Origin: Patescibacteria group bacterium
Lineage (GTDB): Bacteria > Patescibacteriota > Patescibacteriia > JAXHNJ01
Direction: 5' to 3'
DNA length: 64,000 nt
Assembly (NCBI GenBank): GCA_041649715.1
Contig: JBAZMP010000003.1
Span: 100,894-164,893 of the forward strand
Shown here: piece after piece, positions 33,851 to 44,037 of the stretch
How the letters are laid out: each line of letters starts with the position of its first letter
How positions within the stretch are numbered: position 1 is the stretch's first letter
Made by a program: the position numbers and the translations under genes
Notes under the pieces: model-generated
The model's database searches: none
The model's input: the letters and a program-made list of their open reading frames with translations, nothing else
What the model was told of the DNA's origin: nothing

Positions 33851-34420
33851 ATGTCTTCTTTCTCCGAAGGGCAAACTCATCAGTTGATGGATGCCCTAGA
33901 AGGAGCCGACTATACCTCGGCTCATATTACAAAGCTTGGCCAGTACAAAGACCTGCGGGGTATTCGTGATGTCTTGGAAGGAAAAGCTGAAATTGTATAC
34001 TTTCAACATCCAATCATCAACTGTGATGCTCAACCCCGCACTCACAGTAGTTGGAAGATGAGAATTGAGAAGCACCTCAAGGGCGGACAGCTCCGCTGGG
34101 ACTCCAACAAGGTGGAACTCTGGTTCTGCGACGAGCAGAAAAACGGCTCCATCTGGGGTGATCAGCTTCGCAAGAAGCTCAAAGGACAGCCCGTCCTCAA
34201 CGCCTGTGTTCTGGAATACTTGCTGAATAATCCCAGGCTCATTCCCGAGAGCTGGAAGGGCAAGCAAGTTTTCTTCTGGGGCACTATCTATCGCTATGCA
34301 GAAACCGACCAATTACAGGTTCGTTACCTCTGCTGGCGAGACGGCAAGTGGTCCTGGAACTTCTACTGGCTCGGCCACAGTTTCGACGGCAGCTGCCCCG
34401 CGGCTCTCGCCTGCAAGTAG
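33851..34420 (+). CDS. Hypothetical Trp-rich protein (G+C-rich gene)
   Basis: 189 aa with a good RBS (aagggaggg). No recognisable family. Confidence 0.5.
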   Translation: MSSFSEGQTHQLMDALEGADYTSAHITKLGQYKDLRGIRDVLEGKAEIVYFQHPIINCDAQPRTHSSWKMRIEKHLKGGQLRWDSNKVELWFCDEQKNGSIWGDQLRKKLKGQPVLNACVLEYLLNNPRLIPESWKGKQVFFWGTIYRYAETDQLQVRYLCWRDGKWSWNFYWLGHSFDGSCPAALACK

Positions 34421-34550
34421 TCAATCCTTTAGATTCGTTTTCGTGACCCGCATCGGTTTATCTGGTGTGGGTCTTTTTTATTTAGTGCTTTCCTGCCAGA
34501 AAAAATCGTGCTATAATGAGAGTGTTCTAAATCACTAATTATAAAAAAAT

Positions 34551-34856
34551 ATGTTTTCTACCTCAAAAGACGTCTTACTCTGGGTCTTAAGCGTTTGCCT
34601 CGCTTTCTTCACCTTTTTCTTGTGCTGGGCTCTTTATCTCATGATCAAGATGTTACGAGAAGGCAATAAAGCCATGGAAATGATCAAGGAAAAAATTGAG
34701 GCCTTCAGCGACCTGATGCTCACGATTAAAGAAAAAATCGTCAACTCCGCCACCTCATTGAATACGATGGCTTCCGCGGTCAGCAAAGTAATTGAATTTT
34801 TCAAGGAAAGAAAAGACAAGAAAAAGAAAAAGAAATCCGACGAGGACGATTTTTAA
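34551..34856 (+). CDS. Small membrane-anchored hypothetical protein with lysine-rich tail
   Basis: 101 aa. N-terminal TM, then a helical region, then a KKKKKK tail. Confidence 0.4.
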   Translation: MFSTSKDVLLWVLSVCLAFFTFFLCWALYLMIKMLREGNKAMEMIKEKIEAFSDLMLTIKEKIVNSATSLNTMASAVSKVIEFFKERKDKKKKKKSDEDDF

Positions 34857-34943
34857 ACCAAGAACTCCGCAAAGACACCCTTAGCCAAAAGGGGTCTTTT
34901 TTGTTATAATATACTAACTTAATTAACCGACCAAAAACCTTTT

Positions 34944-37900
34944 ATGGATTTCGTCCATCTCCATGTCCACTCCCACTATTCCCTGCTTGACGGTCTGCCG
35001 AAAATAGACGAGTTGGTGGCCAAGGCTAAAGAATACCAGATGAAAGCCGTCGCCCTGACTGACCATGGCGTTATGTATGGCACGATTGAGTTCTACCAAA
35101 AAGCTAAAGCCGCCGGCCTTAAGCCCATCATCGGCGTAGAAGCCTACATCGCCCCTCACGGCCACACCGAAAAAAGGCCGAAAATCGATGAACGGCCTTT
35201 TCACATCGTTCTCCTGGCCAAAAACAAGACCGGTTACCAGAATCTTATAAAACTGACCAGCCTCGCCCACCTTGAGGGTTTTTATTATAAACCGCGGGTT
35301 GATCTTGAATTACTGAAAAAATACAGCGAAGGCTTGATCGCCCTCACCGCTTGCCTCCAGGGTGAGATTCCCCGCCTTATTCTCAGTAAAAATGAAGAGG
35401 GCCTTTTAGCCGCCCTGAAAAGATACCAGGATATTTTCGGCCCGGATAATTTTTATTTGGAGCTGCAGTCGCATCCGCATATCGAACATCAAGAAGAAGT
35501 AAATCAGAAAATAATAGAATTATCAAAAAAATTAAATATTCCGCTGGTCGCCACCTGTGATACCCACTATCTGAACTCGGAAGACGCGGAAGCCCAGGAT
35601 ATTCTTTTATGCATTCAGATGAAGAAAAAATTGGAGGATAAAGACAGGATGAGCTATATCGGCGAGGATTTTTCTCTGCGCTCCCCAGAAAGAATGGCCA
35701 GGGATTTTAAAAACGTGCCGGAAGCCCTGGAAAACACGGGCAAAATCGCGGAAAAATGCAATCTTGAGATCGAACTGGGCAAGATCCTTCTCCCCCACTT
35801 TGAAGTGCCGAACGGCCAATCACCGGACGCCTATCTCGTCGCCTTATGCCAGAAAGGATTATCGGAAAAATTCGGGTCCAAGACCGACAATCTGATCAGG
35901 GAACGGCTAAAATACGAGCTGGAGGTGATAAAAAAAACCGGTTTTTCCCCCTACTTTTTGATCGTCCATGATTTTGTGAACTGGGCGAAAAACAACGAAA
36001 TTGTGGTCGGGCCCGGCCGCGGCTCGGCGGCAGGCTCACTGGTCTCCTATCTTCTGAATATCACCAACATCGACCCCCTTAAATACGACCTTCTTTTTGA
36101 AAGATTTTTGAATCCTGAAAGAATTTCTCTGCCGGATATCGATATGGATTTTGCCGATACCCGGCGCGACGAAGTAATCCGCTACGTCGAAGATAAATAC
36201 GGCAAAGACCACGTTTCCCAAATAATCACTTTCGGCACCATGGCGGCCCGGGCGGCCGTCCGAGACACCGGCCGGGTTTTGGGTCTCGCCTACTCATACT
36301 GCGACCAAGTCGCTAAGCTGATCCCGATGAATTTGAACTTAGACAAAGCCATCGCAACCATACCAGAGCTAAAAGAAATCTACGAAAACGATCCCGAGGG
36401 CAAAAAGCTCCTGGAGGCCGCCAAAAAGCTTGAAGGCGTCGCCCGCCACTCTTCCACCCATGCCTGCGGCGTCCTCATCACCCGCGAGCCCCTAACCCAA
36501 TATGTTCCCATCCAGTACGCCTCCCAGGATGATCAAATCATCATCAGCCAATATTCGCTCCATCCGATTGAAGACCTGGGTCTGCTCAAAATGGATTTCT
36601 TGGGCCTTAAGAACCTGACCATCATTGAAACCGCCCTGAAGATCATTGAAAAAACTTCTCACCAGAAGATTGCCATAGACAAAATCCCGTTAGACGACGA
36701 AAGAGCCTTTAAGATTTTGCAGGAAGGCAAAACGACCGGCGTCTTCCAGCTAGAAAGCACCGGCATGAAAAGATACCTGCGCCAGCTTAAACCGACTGAA
36801 CTGGAAGATATTATCGCGATGGTCGCTTTATATCGTCCCGGGCCGATGGAATGGATACCGAACTACATCGCCGGCAAACACAAAAAACGGCAGGTCGAAT
36901 ATCTCCACCCCCTGCTTAAACCAATCCTGGAAAAAACCTACGGCGTCGCCATTTACCAGGAACAAGTCATGCAAATCGCCCGCGACCTGGCCGGTTTTAC
37001 TTTGGGCGAAGCCGATGTTCTAAGGAAAGCGGTCGGCAAGAAAATCCGAAAATTACTGAATGAGCAAAAGGACAAGTTCATCCAGGGCTGTATTAAAAAT
37101 AAAATCCCGAAGGAAGCCGCCGAAAAGGTTTTTAACTTCATTGAACCCTTTGCCGGCTACGGCTTCAACCGGGCTCATGCCGCCTGTTATGCCATGATCG
37201 CTTATGAGACCGCCTATCTTAAAGCAAATTTTCCCCAGGCTTTCATGGCCGCCTTGCTTACCTCGGACCTGAACGACATCGACCGGATCGCCATTGAAGT
37301 GGAGGAATGCAAACTTTTGAACCTAGAGGTTCTGCCGCCGGACATCAACGAAAGTTTTTCCACTTTTTCCGTCACCTTGGACCCGGTAACCCAGAAAGTG
37401 ACCAACCGCCTCCGTTTCGGCCTGCCCGCCATTAAAAATGTCGGAGCCAATCTTGTCGAAGAAATTATCCGGGAAAGAAAAGCTAACGGTCCATACGTAA
37501 ATCTTGAAGATTTTCTCACGCGGGTAAAAACCAAGGATCTGAACAAAAAATCCCTGGAAAGTTTGATAAAATCAGGGGCCCTGGACCGCTTCGGGGAAAG
37601 GAACCAGATGCTTCTAAACATAGAAACTCTCTTAAAATTGGCCAAGGGAGCGGAAAAAGAAGCGGACCAGCGACAAAGCAATCTTTTCGGCCGGCTGCCC
37701 GTCGAAAACAAGCCCAGGCTCAAACTGACACCCGAGGAAAAAACCCCTAAAAAATTGAGGCTTTCCTGGGAAAAAGAACTTTTGGGCCTGTATATTTCCG
37801 AACACCCCTTAAAAGAATATCAGGAAGATCTGAAAAACATCGTCACTCCCATCCGAGAACTCGGCGACTCTTTCAACCGCCGGACAAACGTAAAAATCGG

Positions 37901-38414
37901 CGGGATTATCACCACCCTGCAGCGGGTCATTACCCGGACCAATGAACCCATGCTTTTTGTCCGCCTGGAAGACACAGGCGCCGCCATCGAAGTCCTGGTC
38001 TTTCCCAAGATCCTTAAGGAAAATCCGACCGTCTGGCAGGAAGATAAAATAATCATCGTCGAGGGAAAATTAAGCGACAAAGACGGTATCATCAAAATGC
38101 TATGTAACAAAGCGGTTGAATTTGATAAGGGAAAAATCGAGGAAATAAAAAAACAGTTGACCGATGAAAATTACAGCCGCAAAAAATCCGCTTACATCAA
38201 TATCTCGTACTCCAATTTCAAGAAACATATACTGGACCGGCTAAAAGTCGCGGTTCTCGCGCATCCGGGCGACCATAAAGTTTTCCTGGTCATAGAAAAG
38301 AAAATCGGCGACAAGCTGCAAACAGTTGCCACACCGCATATGATGGACTATAATCAAGATATAGCCAAAAAGATTGAACTTATATTGGGCCCCAATAATT
38401 TAAAGATTTTATAA
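34944..38414 (+). CDS. dnaE: DNA polymerase III alpha subunit
   Basis: N-terminal PHP domain (FVHLHVHSHYSLLDG), polymerase core (..GPGRGSAAGSLVSYLL..DIDMDF..) and a C-terminal OB fold. 1156 aa. Confidence 0.9.
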   Translation: MDFVHLHVHSHYSLLDGLPKIDELVAKAKEYQMKAVALTDHGVMYGTIEFYQKAKAAGLKPIIGVEAYIAPHGHTEKRPKIDERPFHIVLLAKNKTGYQNLIKLTSLAHLEGFYYKPRVDLELLKKYSEGLIALTACLQGEIPRLILSKNEEGLLAALKRYQDIFGPDNFYLELQSHPHIEHQEEVNQKIIELSKKLNIPLVATCDTHYLNSEDAEAQDILLCIQMKKKLEDKDRMSYIGEDFSLRSPERMARDFKNVPEALENTGKIAEKCNLEIELGKILLPHFEVPNGQSPDAYLVALCQKGLSEKFGSKTDNLIRERLKYELEVIKKTGFSPYFLIVHDFVNWAKNNEIVVGPGRGSAAGSLVSYLLNITNIDPLKYDLLFERFLNPERISLPDIDMDFADTRRDEVIRYVEDKYGKDHVSQIITFGTMAARAAVRDTGRVLGLAYSYCDQVAKLIPMNLNLDKAIATIPELKEIYENDPEGKKLLEAAKKLEGVARHSSTHACGVLITREPLTQYVPIQYASQDDQIIISQYSLHPIEDLGLLKMDFLGLKNLTIIETALKIIEKTSHQKIAIDKIPLDDERAFKILQEGKTTGVFQLESTGMKRYLRQLKPTELEDIIAMVALYRPGPMEWIPNYIAGKHKKRQVEYLHPLLKPILEKTYGVAIYQEQVMQIARDLAGFTLGEADVLRKAVGKKIRKLLNEQKDKFIQGCIKNKIPKEAAEKVFNFIEPFAGYGFNRAHAACYAMIAYETAYLKANFPQAFMAALLTSDLNDIDRIAIEVEECKLLNLEVLPPDINESFSTFSVTLDPVTQKVTNRLRFGLPAIKNVGANLVEEIIRERKANGPYVNLEDFLTRVKTKDLNKKSLESLIKSGALDRFGERNQMLLNIETLLKLAKGAEKEADQRQSNLFGRLPVENKPRLKLTPEEKTPKKLRLSWEKELLGLYISEHPLKEYQEDLKNIVTPIRELGDSFNRRTNVKIGGIITTLQRVITRTNEPMLFVRLEDTGAAIEVLVFPKILKENPTVWQEDKIIIVEGKLSDKDGIIKMLCNKAVEFDKGKIEEIKKQLTDENYSRKKSAYINISYSNFKKHILDRLKVAVLAHPGDHKVFLVIEKKIGDKLQTVATPHMMDYNQDIAKKIELILGPNNLKIL

Positions 38415-38416
38415 AA

Positions 38417-39571
38417 ATGCCGGCCAAAAAACCGAAGTTAAAAAGCAGCCAAAAATACAAAAGCTTCATCATTGTCTTTGTCGGCTTCACCGGCCTGCTT
38501 TTTCTTTTCGTCGTTTATTATTCTTTTTCCAAAACCGTGATTCTTGTCAGTCCCAAGCAAAAAACCGTGGAAACGACCGTAAATCTCGCCATCAAAGAAA
38601 ACCTAACGGCGGAAGATGAGAAAGACGACCTAACCTTACAAGGCTTAATTTTGACCAAGGAAGCCAGCGGCCAAAAAACGGTAACATTATCGGCGAGCGA
38701 GGAAGTGCCAGCCAAAGCCACCGGAACAGTGACTATGTATAATAACTGGTCGCAACCCCAACCCTTGGCCGCGACCACCCGCCTGCTTTCCGCCTCGGGT
38801 GCCCTTTTCCGCACGGAGACAATGGTGACCGTACCGGCTAAAGGCTCGGTGGAAGTGAATGTCATGGCCGATCAAGAAGGGGCGACCGGCAATATCGGAC
38901 CAGAAAAATTTTCCGTTCCCGGCCTTTCCAAACAGATGCAAGGACTGGTTTATGGCGAAAACAAGGCAGCCATAACCGGAGGACTGCGGAACGCCAGTGT
39001 CGTGACGGCGGAAAACGTTCTATCCGCTCAAAATGATCTAGTGGCCGAATTAAAGACCCAGGCCCTGGAAGACCTAAAAACCACGGTTAAAAATACCGAC
39101 GAAGCTTTCACTTTAGACCAAGACAGCGTGACTTACGAAACCGAGAGTAAAACCGTCACGCCAGACATCGGCCAGGAAACCGATCAATTCGCCCTTGATT
39201 TAAAGATTAAATTGATCGGGATTGCTTTTTCCACGGCCGAAGTAAACGACATAGCTTTGGAAAAATTAAACCAGGAACTTACTTTGGATCAAAAAATCAC
39301 GAATGAAAGCTTTGAGATTTCTTATACGGTGGAAGGTTTTGACTTAATCGATAAAACAGCTTCTCTAAAAGTCAACGCCTCGGGCTCGGGGCAAATAAAA
39401 TTATCAAGCGCCATTTTTAACCGCGACAACTTGGTCAACAAGGACCGCCAGCAGATCACCGCCTACTTCAGTGAGTTCGATACCATTGAAAACGTGGAGG
39501 TCAAGTTCTCCCCTTTCTGGGTTTTTAAAGCGCCGGCCCTAAAAGACCATATTGAGATAAAATTTAAATAA
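38417..39571 (+). CDS. Hypothetical membrane-anchored protein
   Basis: 384 aa, N-terminal TM. Its start is 2 bp after the dnaE stop, so it is probably co-transcribed. Confidence 0.45.
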   Translation: MPAKKPKLKSSQKYKSFIIVFVGFTGLLFLFVVYYSFSKTVILVSPKQKTVETTVNLAIKENLTAEDEKDDLTLQGLILTKEASGQKTVTLSASEEVPAKATGTVTMYNNWSQPQPLAATTRLLSASGALFRTETMVTVPAKGSVEVNVMADQEGATGNIGPEKFSVPGLSKQMQGLVYGENKAAITGGLRNASVVTAENVLSAQNDLVAELKTQALEDLKTTVKNTDEAFTLDQDSVTYETESKTVTPDIGQETDQFALDLKIKLIGIAFSTAEVNDIALEKLNQELTLDQKITNESFEISYTVEGFDLIDKTASLKVNASGSGQIKLSSAIFNRDNLVNKDRQQITAYFSEFDTIENVEVKFSPFWVFKAPALKDHIEIKFK

Positions 39572-39606
39572 CATTTTTTTACATTCCAACAATATAAATA
39601 TATTGA

Positions 39607-39730
39607 GGGTTTTTTAAATTCCAAATCACAAATTCCAAGCTCCAAATAAGCTCCAATTTTCCAAATTCTAAGGCCCAAAACCCTTTTTTCGTATTGGTTA
39701 TTAGGTCATTATAATTTGGGGCTTATTTGG
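39607..39730. repeat. Second copy of the CCAAATCACAAAT-type imperfect palindromic repeat
   Basis: 'ttccaaatcacaaattccaagctccaaataagctccaatt..' with complementary arm 'aatttggggcttatttggaattt'. Shares a 13-mer with 1363-1500. Confidence 0.45.
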
Positions 39731-39834
39731 AATTTAACGCTTGGTTATCGGTAATTTAATATCCTCAACAAATAAAAAAATATATAATGCCAAAACTTGA
39801 CGACAAACACTAAAAAAGATATGCTAATAGTTGC

Positions 39835-40000
39835 CTTGAAGCGATTGGAATGGCTACCAACCATCCGCTCCACAAGAGCCGATAATACGCTAAGCTGAAA
39901 GGTAAATCAAATAACAAGTGGGCTAAGGTTTTGTCTAAACCGGCCAATCTGGGTGGAACCGCCCAAAGAGGGTCCCAAAGAAAATTGCTTTGGGATTTTT
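39835..40000 (+). promoter_or_regulatory. T-box riboswitch leader of thrS
   Basis: T-box sequence 'aatctgggtggaaccgcc' at 39945-39965. Terminator hairpin 'cccaaagaaaattgctttggg' plus 'attttt' at 39974-40000 overlaps the antiterminator. Upstream stem I region contains AGAGC/GCTGAAAGG elements. Confidence 0.7.
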
Positions 40001-40022
40001 AAATAATTAACAACAAAAACAT

Positions 40023-41762
40023 ATGGAAAAGAATTTAGACACTATTCGCCATTCTGTCAGCCACGTGGCGGCGGCCGCGGTCAAACAGCTTTTTCCCGGC
40101 GTTAAATTTGCCATTGGGCCGACCATTGGTGAAGGCTTTTATTACGATTTTGATTTGCCGCGGGCGTTGACCCCGGCGGATCTGCCGAAGATTGAAAAAA
40201 GGATGGCGGAACTGATCAAGCAGAATCTGCCTTTTGAACGTTATGAAGTTCCCTTTCAAAAAGCCGTGGAAATGGCCAGTGAACAGCCTTACAAGCGCGA
40301 GCTCATCAATGAACTTAAAAGTAAGAATGAGACGATCTCTTTCTACAAAGTGGATGGTTTTGTTGACCTCTGCCGAGGCCCGCATATTGCCAATACAAAA
40401 GAAATCAATCCCAAGGCTTTTAAATTAATCAAGATTGCCGGCGCTTACTGGCGGGGTAATGAAAAAAATAAGATGCTGCAGAGGATCTACGGCACCGCTT
40501 TTCTGACCGAAAATGAGCTGAAAAAATATTTGGAGCAAAAAGAGGAAGCGGAAAAAAGAGACCATCGAAAACTCGGCTACGATCTTGAACTGTTTACGTT
40601 TTCTGATTTAATTGGAAAAGGACTGCCACTTTATACCCCCCGCGGGTCCTTGCTGAGACGAATGCTTAACGATTATGTGGAAGAAATCCAGACCGCACAA
40701 AACTATGAACAAGTTTGGACGCCGCAGATCGCGAAAGCGAAATTATTTAAAATTTCCGGCCATTATGATAAATACCGTGAAGGGATGTTCCGGGTCATTT
40801 CCAATTACAGTGACGAAGAATTCTACCTGAAGCCGATGAACTGTCCGCAACATACCCAAATTTATAACAGCCGGCCGCGCAGTTACAAAGATTTGCCGTT
40901 GCGCTACACTGACTTCGCCATGCTCTACCGGGACGAAAAACCCGGCGAATTGAGCGGCCTGGCCCGGGTCCGTTCCTTTTCACAGGATGACTGCCACATT
41001 TTTTGCCGGGAAGACCAGGTTGATAAGGAAATCGACACCATGCTGGCCATGATCAAAAAAATAATGAAAACCTTTAACCTAAAATACCGGTACCGGCTCT
41101 CTACGAGAGACCTTAAAAACACCAAACAATACCTGGGCGACCCGAAAATCTGGGATAAAGCGGAAAAGTGGGCGGTAAAAATTATGCAGCGCAACAAAAT
41201 TGACTATTTTGACGCCCCCGGTGAAGCGGCTTTTTACGCGCCGAAAATGGATTTAATGGCGACCGATGCCCTGGGCCGCGAATGGCAACTTTCCACCATT
41301 CAGATCGATTACGTCATGCCGGAGCGATTTGGCTTGGAATATACGGATGAAAAAGGCCAAAAAAAACGACCGGTAATGCTCCACCGCGCAATCATCGGTT
41401 CCCCTGAAAGATTTCTTATGGTTCTTATTGAACAATACGCCGGCGCTTTCCCGGTTTGGCTGGCCCCAATCCAAGTCCAGATCATTCCGGTCGGCTCCAA
41501 GCACGTCAAATTTTCCGAAAAACTCGGCCAACAATTCCGTAAAGAAAATTTAAGAGTCGAGGTTGACGACGTGAATGAAACCGTGGGCTATAAGATCAGA
41601 AAAGCGGAAAAAATGCGGGTCCCCTATATGCTCGTCATCGGCGACAAAGAAATGAAAGCCAAGTCTTTGGCCATCCGCGACCGCGGAAAAAAGGCCGTCA
41701 GAAAAGTGGCTTTGAAGAAATTCATTGCGGAAGTAAAAAAGAAAATCGAAGATAAAAAATAA
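40023..41762 (+). CDS. thrS: Threonine--tRNA ligase (short form lacking N-terminal TGS domains)
   Basis: Class II aaRS motifs, a ThrRS zinc-site region (..NCPQHTQIY..) and a C-terminal anticodon-binding domain. 579 aa. Confidence 0.85.
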   Translation: MEKNLDTIRHSVSHVAAAAVKQLFPGVKFAIGPTIGEGFYYDFDLPRALTPADLPKIEKRMAELIKQNLPFERYEVPFQKAVEMASEQPYKRELINELKSKNETISFYKVDGFVDLCRGPHIANTKEINPKAFKLIKIAGAYWRGNEKNKMLQRIYGTAFLTENELKKYLEQKEEAEKRDHRKLGYDLELFTFSDLIGKGLPLYTPRGSLLRRMLNDYVEEIQTAQNYEQVWTPQIAKAKLFKISGHYDKYREGMFRVISNYSDEEFYLKPMNCPQHTQIYNSRPRSYKDLPLRYTDFAMLYRDEKPGELSGLARVRSFSQDDCHIFCREDQVDKEIDTMLAMIKKIMKTFNLKYRYRLSTRDLKNTKQYLGDPKIWDKAEKWAVKIMQRNKIDYFDAPGEAAFYAPKMDLMATDALGREWQLSTIQIDYVMPERFGLEYTDEKGQKKRPVMLHRAIIGSPERFLMVLIEQYAGAFPVWLAPIQVQIIPVGSKHVKFSEKLGQQFRKENLRVEVDDVNETVGYKIRKAEKMRVPYMLVIGDKEMKAKSLAIRDRGKKAVRKVALKKFIAEVKKKIEDKK

Positions 41763-41782
41763 TAATTATTTCAAGATAAAAA

Positions 41783-41810
41783 TAAGAGGGTGATATTCCA
41801 CCCTCTTTTG
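41783..41810. terminator. Hairpin terminator between thrS and the convergent small membrane gene
   Basis: aagagggtg-(6 nt)-caccctctt followed by 'ttggcaattttt'. Confidence 0.55.
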
Positions 41811-41817
41811 GCAATTT

Positions 41818-42072
41818 TTAAGCTTTTTCGCCGCTCATGAAATCTTCTTGTGATTTTTTCACCGAAAGCCGATAACCGAAATATATCAGGGCAATGCCGC
41901 CGACGATAAACCAAGTCGGCTCACAAGTTAGCCAGAATTTAAGCCCGGCCTGCCAGAAACCGACCAAAGGATTGACTCCCATCATCTGGAGACCAAAACC
42001 GAAAAAAAGCAAAATGATCAAGCCGAAAAGAAAAAGGACCATACCCAGAAACATCAAAATGCCGCCAAGCAC
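41818..42072 (-). CDS. Small hypothetical membrane protein
   Basis: 84 aa, 2-3 TM helices. Confidence 0.4.
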   Translation of the reverse strand: MLGGILMFLGMVLFLFGLIILLFFGFGLQMMGVNPLVGFWQAGLKFWLTCEPTWFIVGGIALIYFGYRLSVKKSQEDFMSGEKA

Positions 42073-42139
42073 CGCTTACCTCCTTTTCTAAAAGACAACT
42101 TGGTTGTTTAGTTTAAATCTTAAAAAATAAAATGTCAAT

Positions 42140-42664
42140 CTAGAAATCCATTATCAGTCGCCAGATGATTAATCCGGCTAAAAGGAATCCGCTGATAATG
42201 TATTCCGCCGAAGTATTGGTCGGAATCCAGCCTTTAAATTTAAGCCTTTTGGTAATCGGGGAAAAAGGATATTTGGTAAACCGCATGATGCTATCCATCA
42301 AAAAATGGATGAATAAGAATAAAACCGGAATGTAATTGCGAATAAGGATAGATAAAATCAAAATAAGAATAATCCCCATTGGTTCCTGGATCCAGGAGCG
42401 CGGTTCGGTTATTTCCGAACGTTTTTTATTGAAACGGTCCAAAAATAAAATCCACTTGTGCGGCAAAAATTTCCCGAGTAATTGACGCCGTTTGTTTCTT
42501 CGGATACTCGCCTTAACATCTTCCCAGAAATATCTAAATTGCGTGAAAATATGGTCGATATCAATGCCCCAGCCGAAAAGATGGGCCAACAAATAATTTG
42601 TCCCGCTTAAGTTCAGGGCCCTGGCCAGTATTTCTGAGGCGACAATATGACTGGGTATTAACAT
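42140..42664 (-). CDS. Hypothetical membrane protein (possibly membrane-bound metal-dependent hydrolase-like)
   Basis: 174 aa, His-rich N-terminal part and several hydrophobic segments. The family call is weak. Confidence 0.35.
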   Translation of the reverse strand: MLIPSHIVASEILARALNLSGTNYLLAHLFGWGIDIDHIFTQFRYFWEDVKASIRRNKRRQLLGKFLPHKWILFLDRFNKKRSEITEPRSWIQEPMGIILILILSILIRNYIPVLFLFIHFLMDSIMRFTKYPFSPITKRLKFKGWIPTNTSAEYIISGFLLAGLIIWRLIMDF

Positions 42665-42721
42665 ATAGGGCTATATTAGCAAATTGACGGAAAAGCCGCA
42701 AACCGCTAGAATTTCTACTAT

Positions 42722-44008
42722 ATGAAATATTTTTTCTATATCCTGGGCTGCCAGATGAACTATGCCGACGCCGAAAGAGTAGCCGCGGTGCTAGACAAGC
42801 TTGGTTATAAAAAAGGCGCTTTTGAAAAAGAAGCGGATTTGATCGTGGTGGTCGCCTGTTCGGTTCGCCAGTCGGCGGTCAACAGAATATATGGCAAAAT
42901 TGAACAGTGGCAAAAAATCAAGAACAAACGGAAACTGATCACGATTCTCACCGGCTGCGTCCTGCCTGGTGACCAGAAAAAAATGGAGCCTTATTTTGAC
43001 ATAATCTTCAATATCAAAGACTTGAACAAGCTGCCCCTTATGCTTAAATCCCCCCTTAAAAACCAAAGTCTTTGTCTAACTCCCTCCGAATACCTTTGCC
43101 TCTCGCCAAAATATTCCTCCGCCTACACCGCTTATGTCCCGATCATGACCGGCTGCGACAATTTTTGTTCCTATTGCGTCGTTCCCTATTTGCGCGGCCG
43201 GGAATATTCCCGGCCCCAACAAGAAATTGTCGCGGAAGTAAAAAAGTTAGTGAAAAAAGGCTACAAAGAAATTGTCCTGCTCGGCCAAAACGTAGACTCC
43301 TACGGCCATAAAAAAGGCAAAGTTTATGCCGATAATAAACCATTCATTAAACTACTAAGGGCGATTGACGTCCTTCCGGGCCATTTCTGGCTGCGTTTTA
43401 TCTCCAACCACCCCAAAGACATGACCGAGGATTTGATCAAAATAATCCCCAAATTAAAAAAAGTTAACCCTTATATCCACCTGCCCCTGCAGGCCGGAGA
43501 CAACCAAATATTAAAAAAGATGAACCGACCTTATACCGCTAGCCAGTACTTAAAGATAGTCAGCCTGATCAGAAAGAATATTCCCGGTGTGGCTTTGACC
43601 ACTGATATTATTGCCGGTTTTCCGGGCGAAACAAATGAGCAATTCCAGAACACTTTAAAATTAGCCAAACAGGCTAAATTTGACATGGCCTATCTGGCCC
43701 AATATTCTCCCCGGCCAAACACCGCGGCTTATAAATTGAAAGATGACGTGTCAAAAGAAGAAAAAAGAAAACGGGAATTTGCCTTGAACGAAGTGATTAA
43801 AAAAACCGCCCTTTTTAATAACAAAAAACTAGTTAACAGTATTCAGGAAATTTTAGTGGACAGACAAAAGGGAAACTTTTATTACGGCCGTACTAAAACC
43901 TACAAGGTGGTTAAGCTTGAATCCGCCAAAAATCTTATCGGCCAATTCATAAAAGTGAAAATCACAAAAGCTGAATCCTGGAAACTTATTGGCGAATTAA
44001 TAAAATAA
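42722..44008 (+). CDS. miaB: Radical-SAM methylthiotransferase (MiaB/RimO family; probably tRNA-i6A37 methylthiotransferase)
   Basis: N-terminal MTTase domain (..ILGCQMNYADAE..), radical SAM CDNFCSYCVVP, C-terminal TRAM domain. Confidence 0.75.
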   Translation: MKYFFYILGCQMNYADAERVAAVLDKLGYKKGAFEKEADLIVVVACSVRQSAVNRIYGKIEQWQKIKNKRKLITILTGCVLPGDQKKMEPYFDIIFNIKDLNKLPLMLKSPLKNQSLCLTPSEYLCLSPKYSSAYTAYVPIMTGCDNFCSYCVVPYLRGREYSRPQQEIVAEVKKLVKKGYKEIVLLGQNVDSYGHKKGKVYADNKPFIKLLRAIDVLPGHFWLRFISNHPKDMTEDLIKIIPKLKKVNPYIHLPLQAGDNQILKKMNRPYTASQYLKIVSLIRKNIPGVALTTDIIAGFPGETNEQFQNTLKLAKQAKFDMAYLAQYSPRPNTAAYKLKDDVSKEEKRKREFALNEVIKKTALFNNKKLVNSIQEILVDRQKGNFYYGRTKTYKVVKLESAKNLIGQFIKVKITKAESWKLIGELIK

Positions 44009-44037
44009 AGCCCGCTTGTCTTTAAGACTTACGAGCT

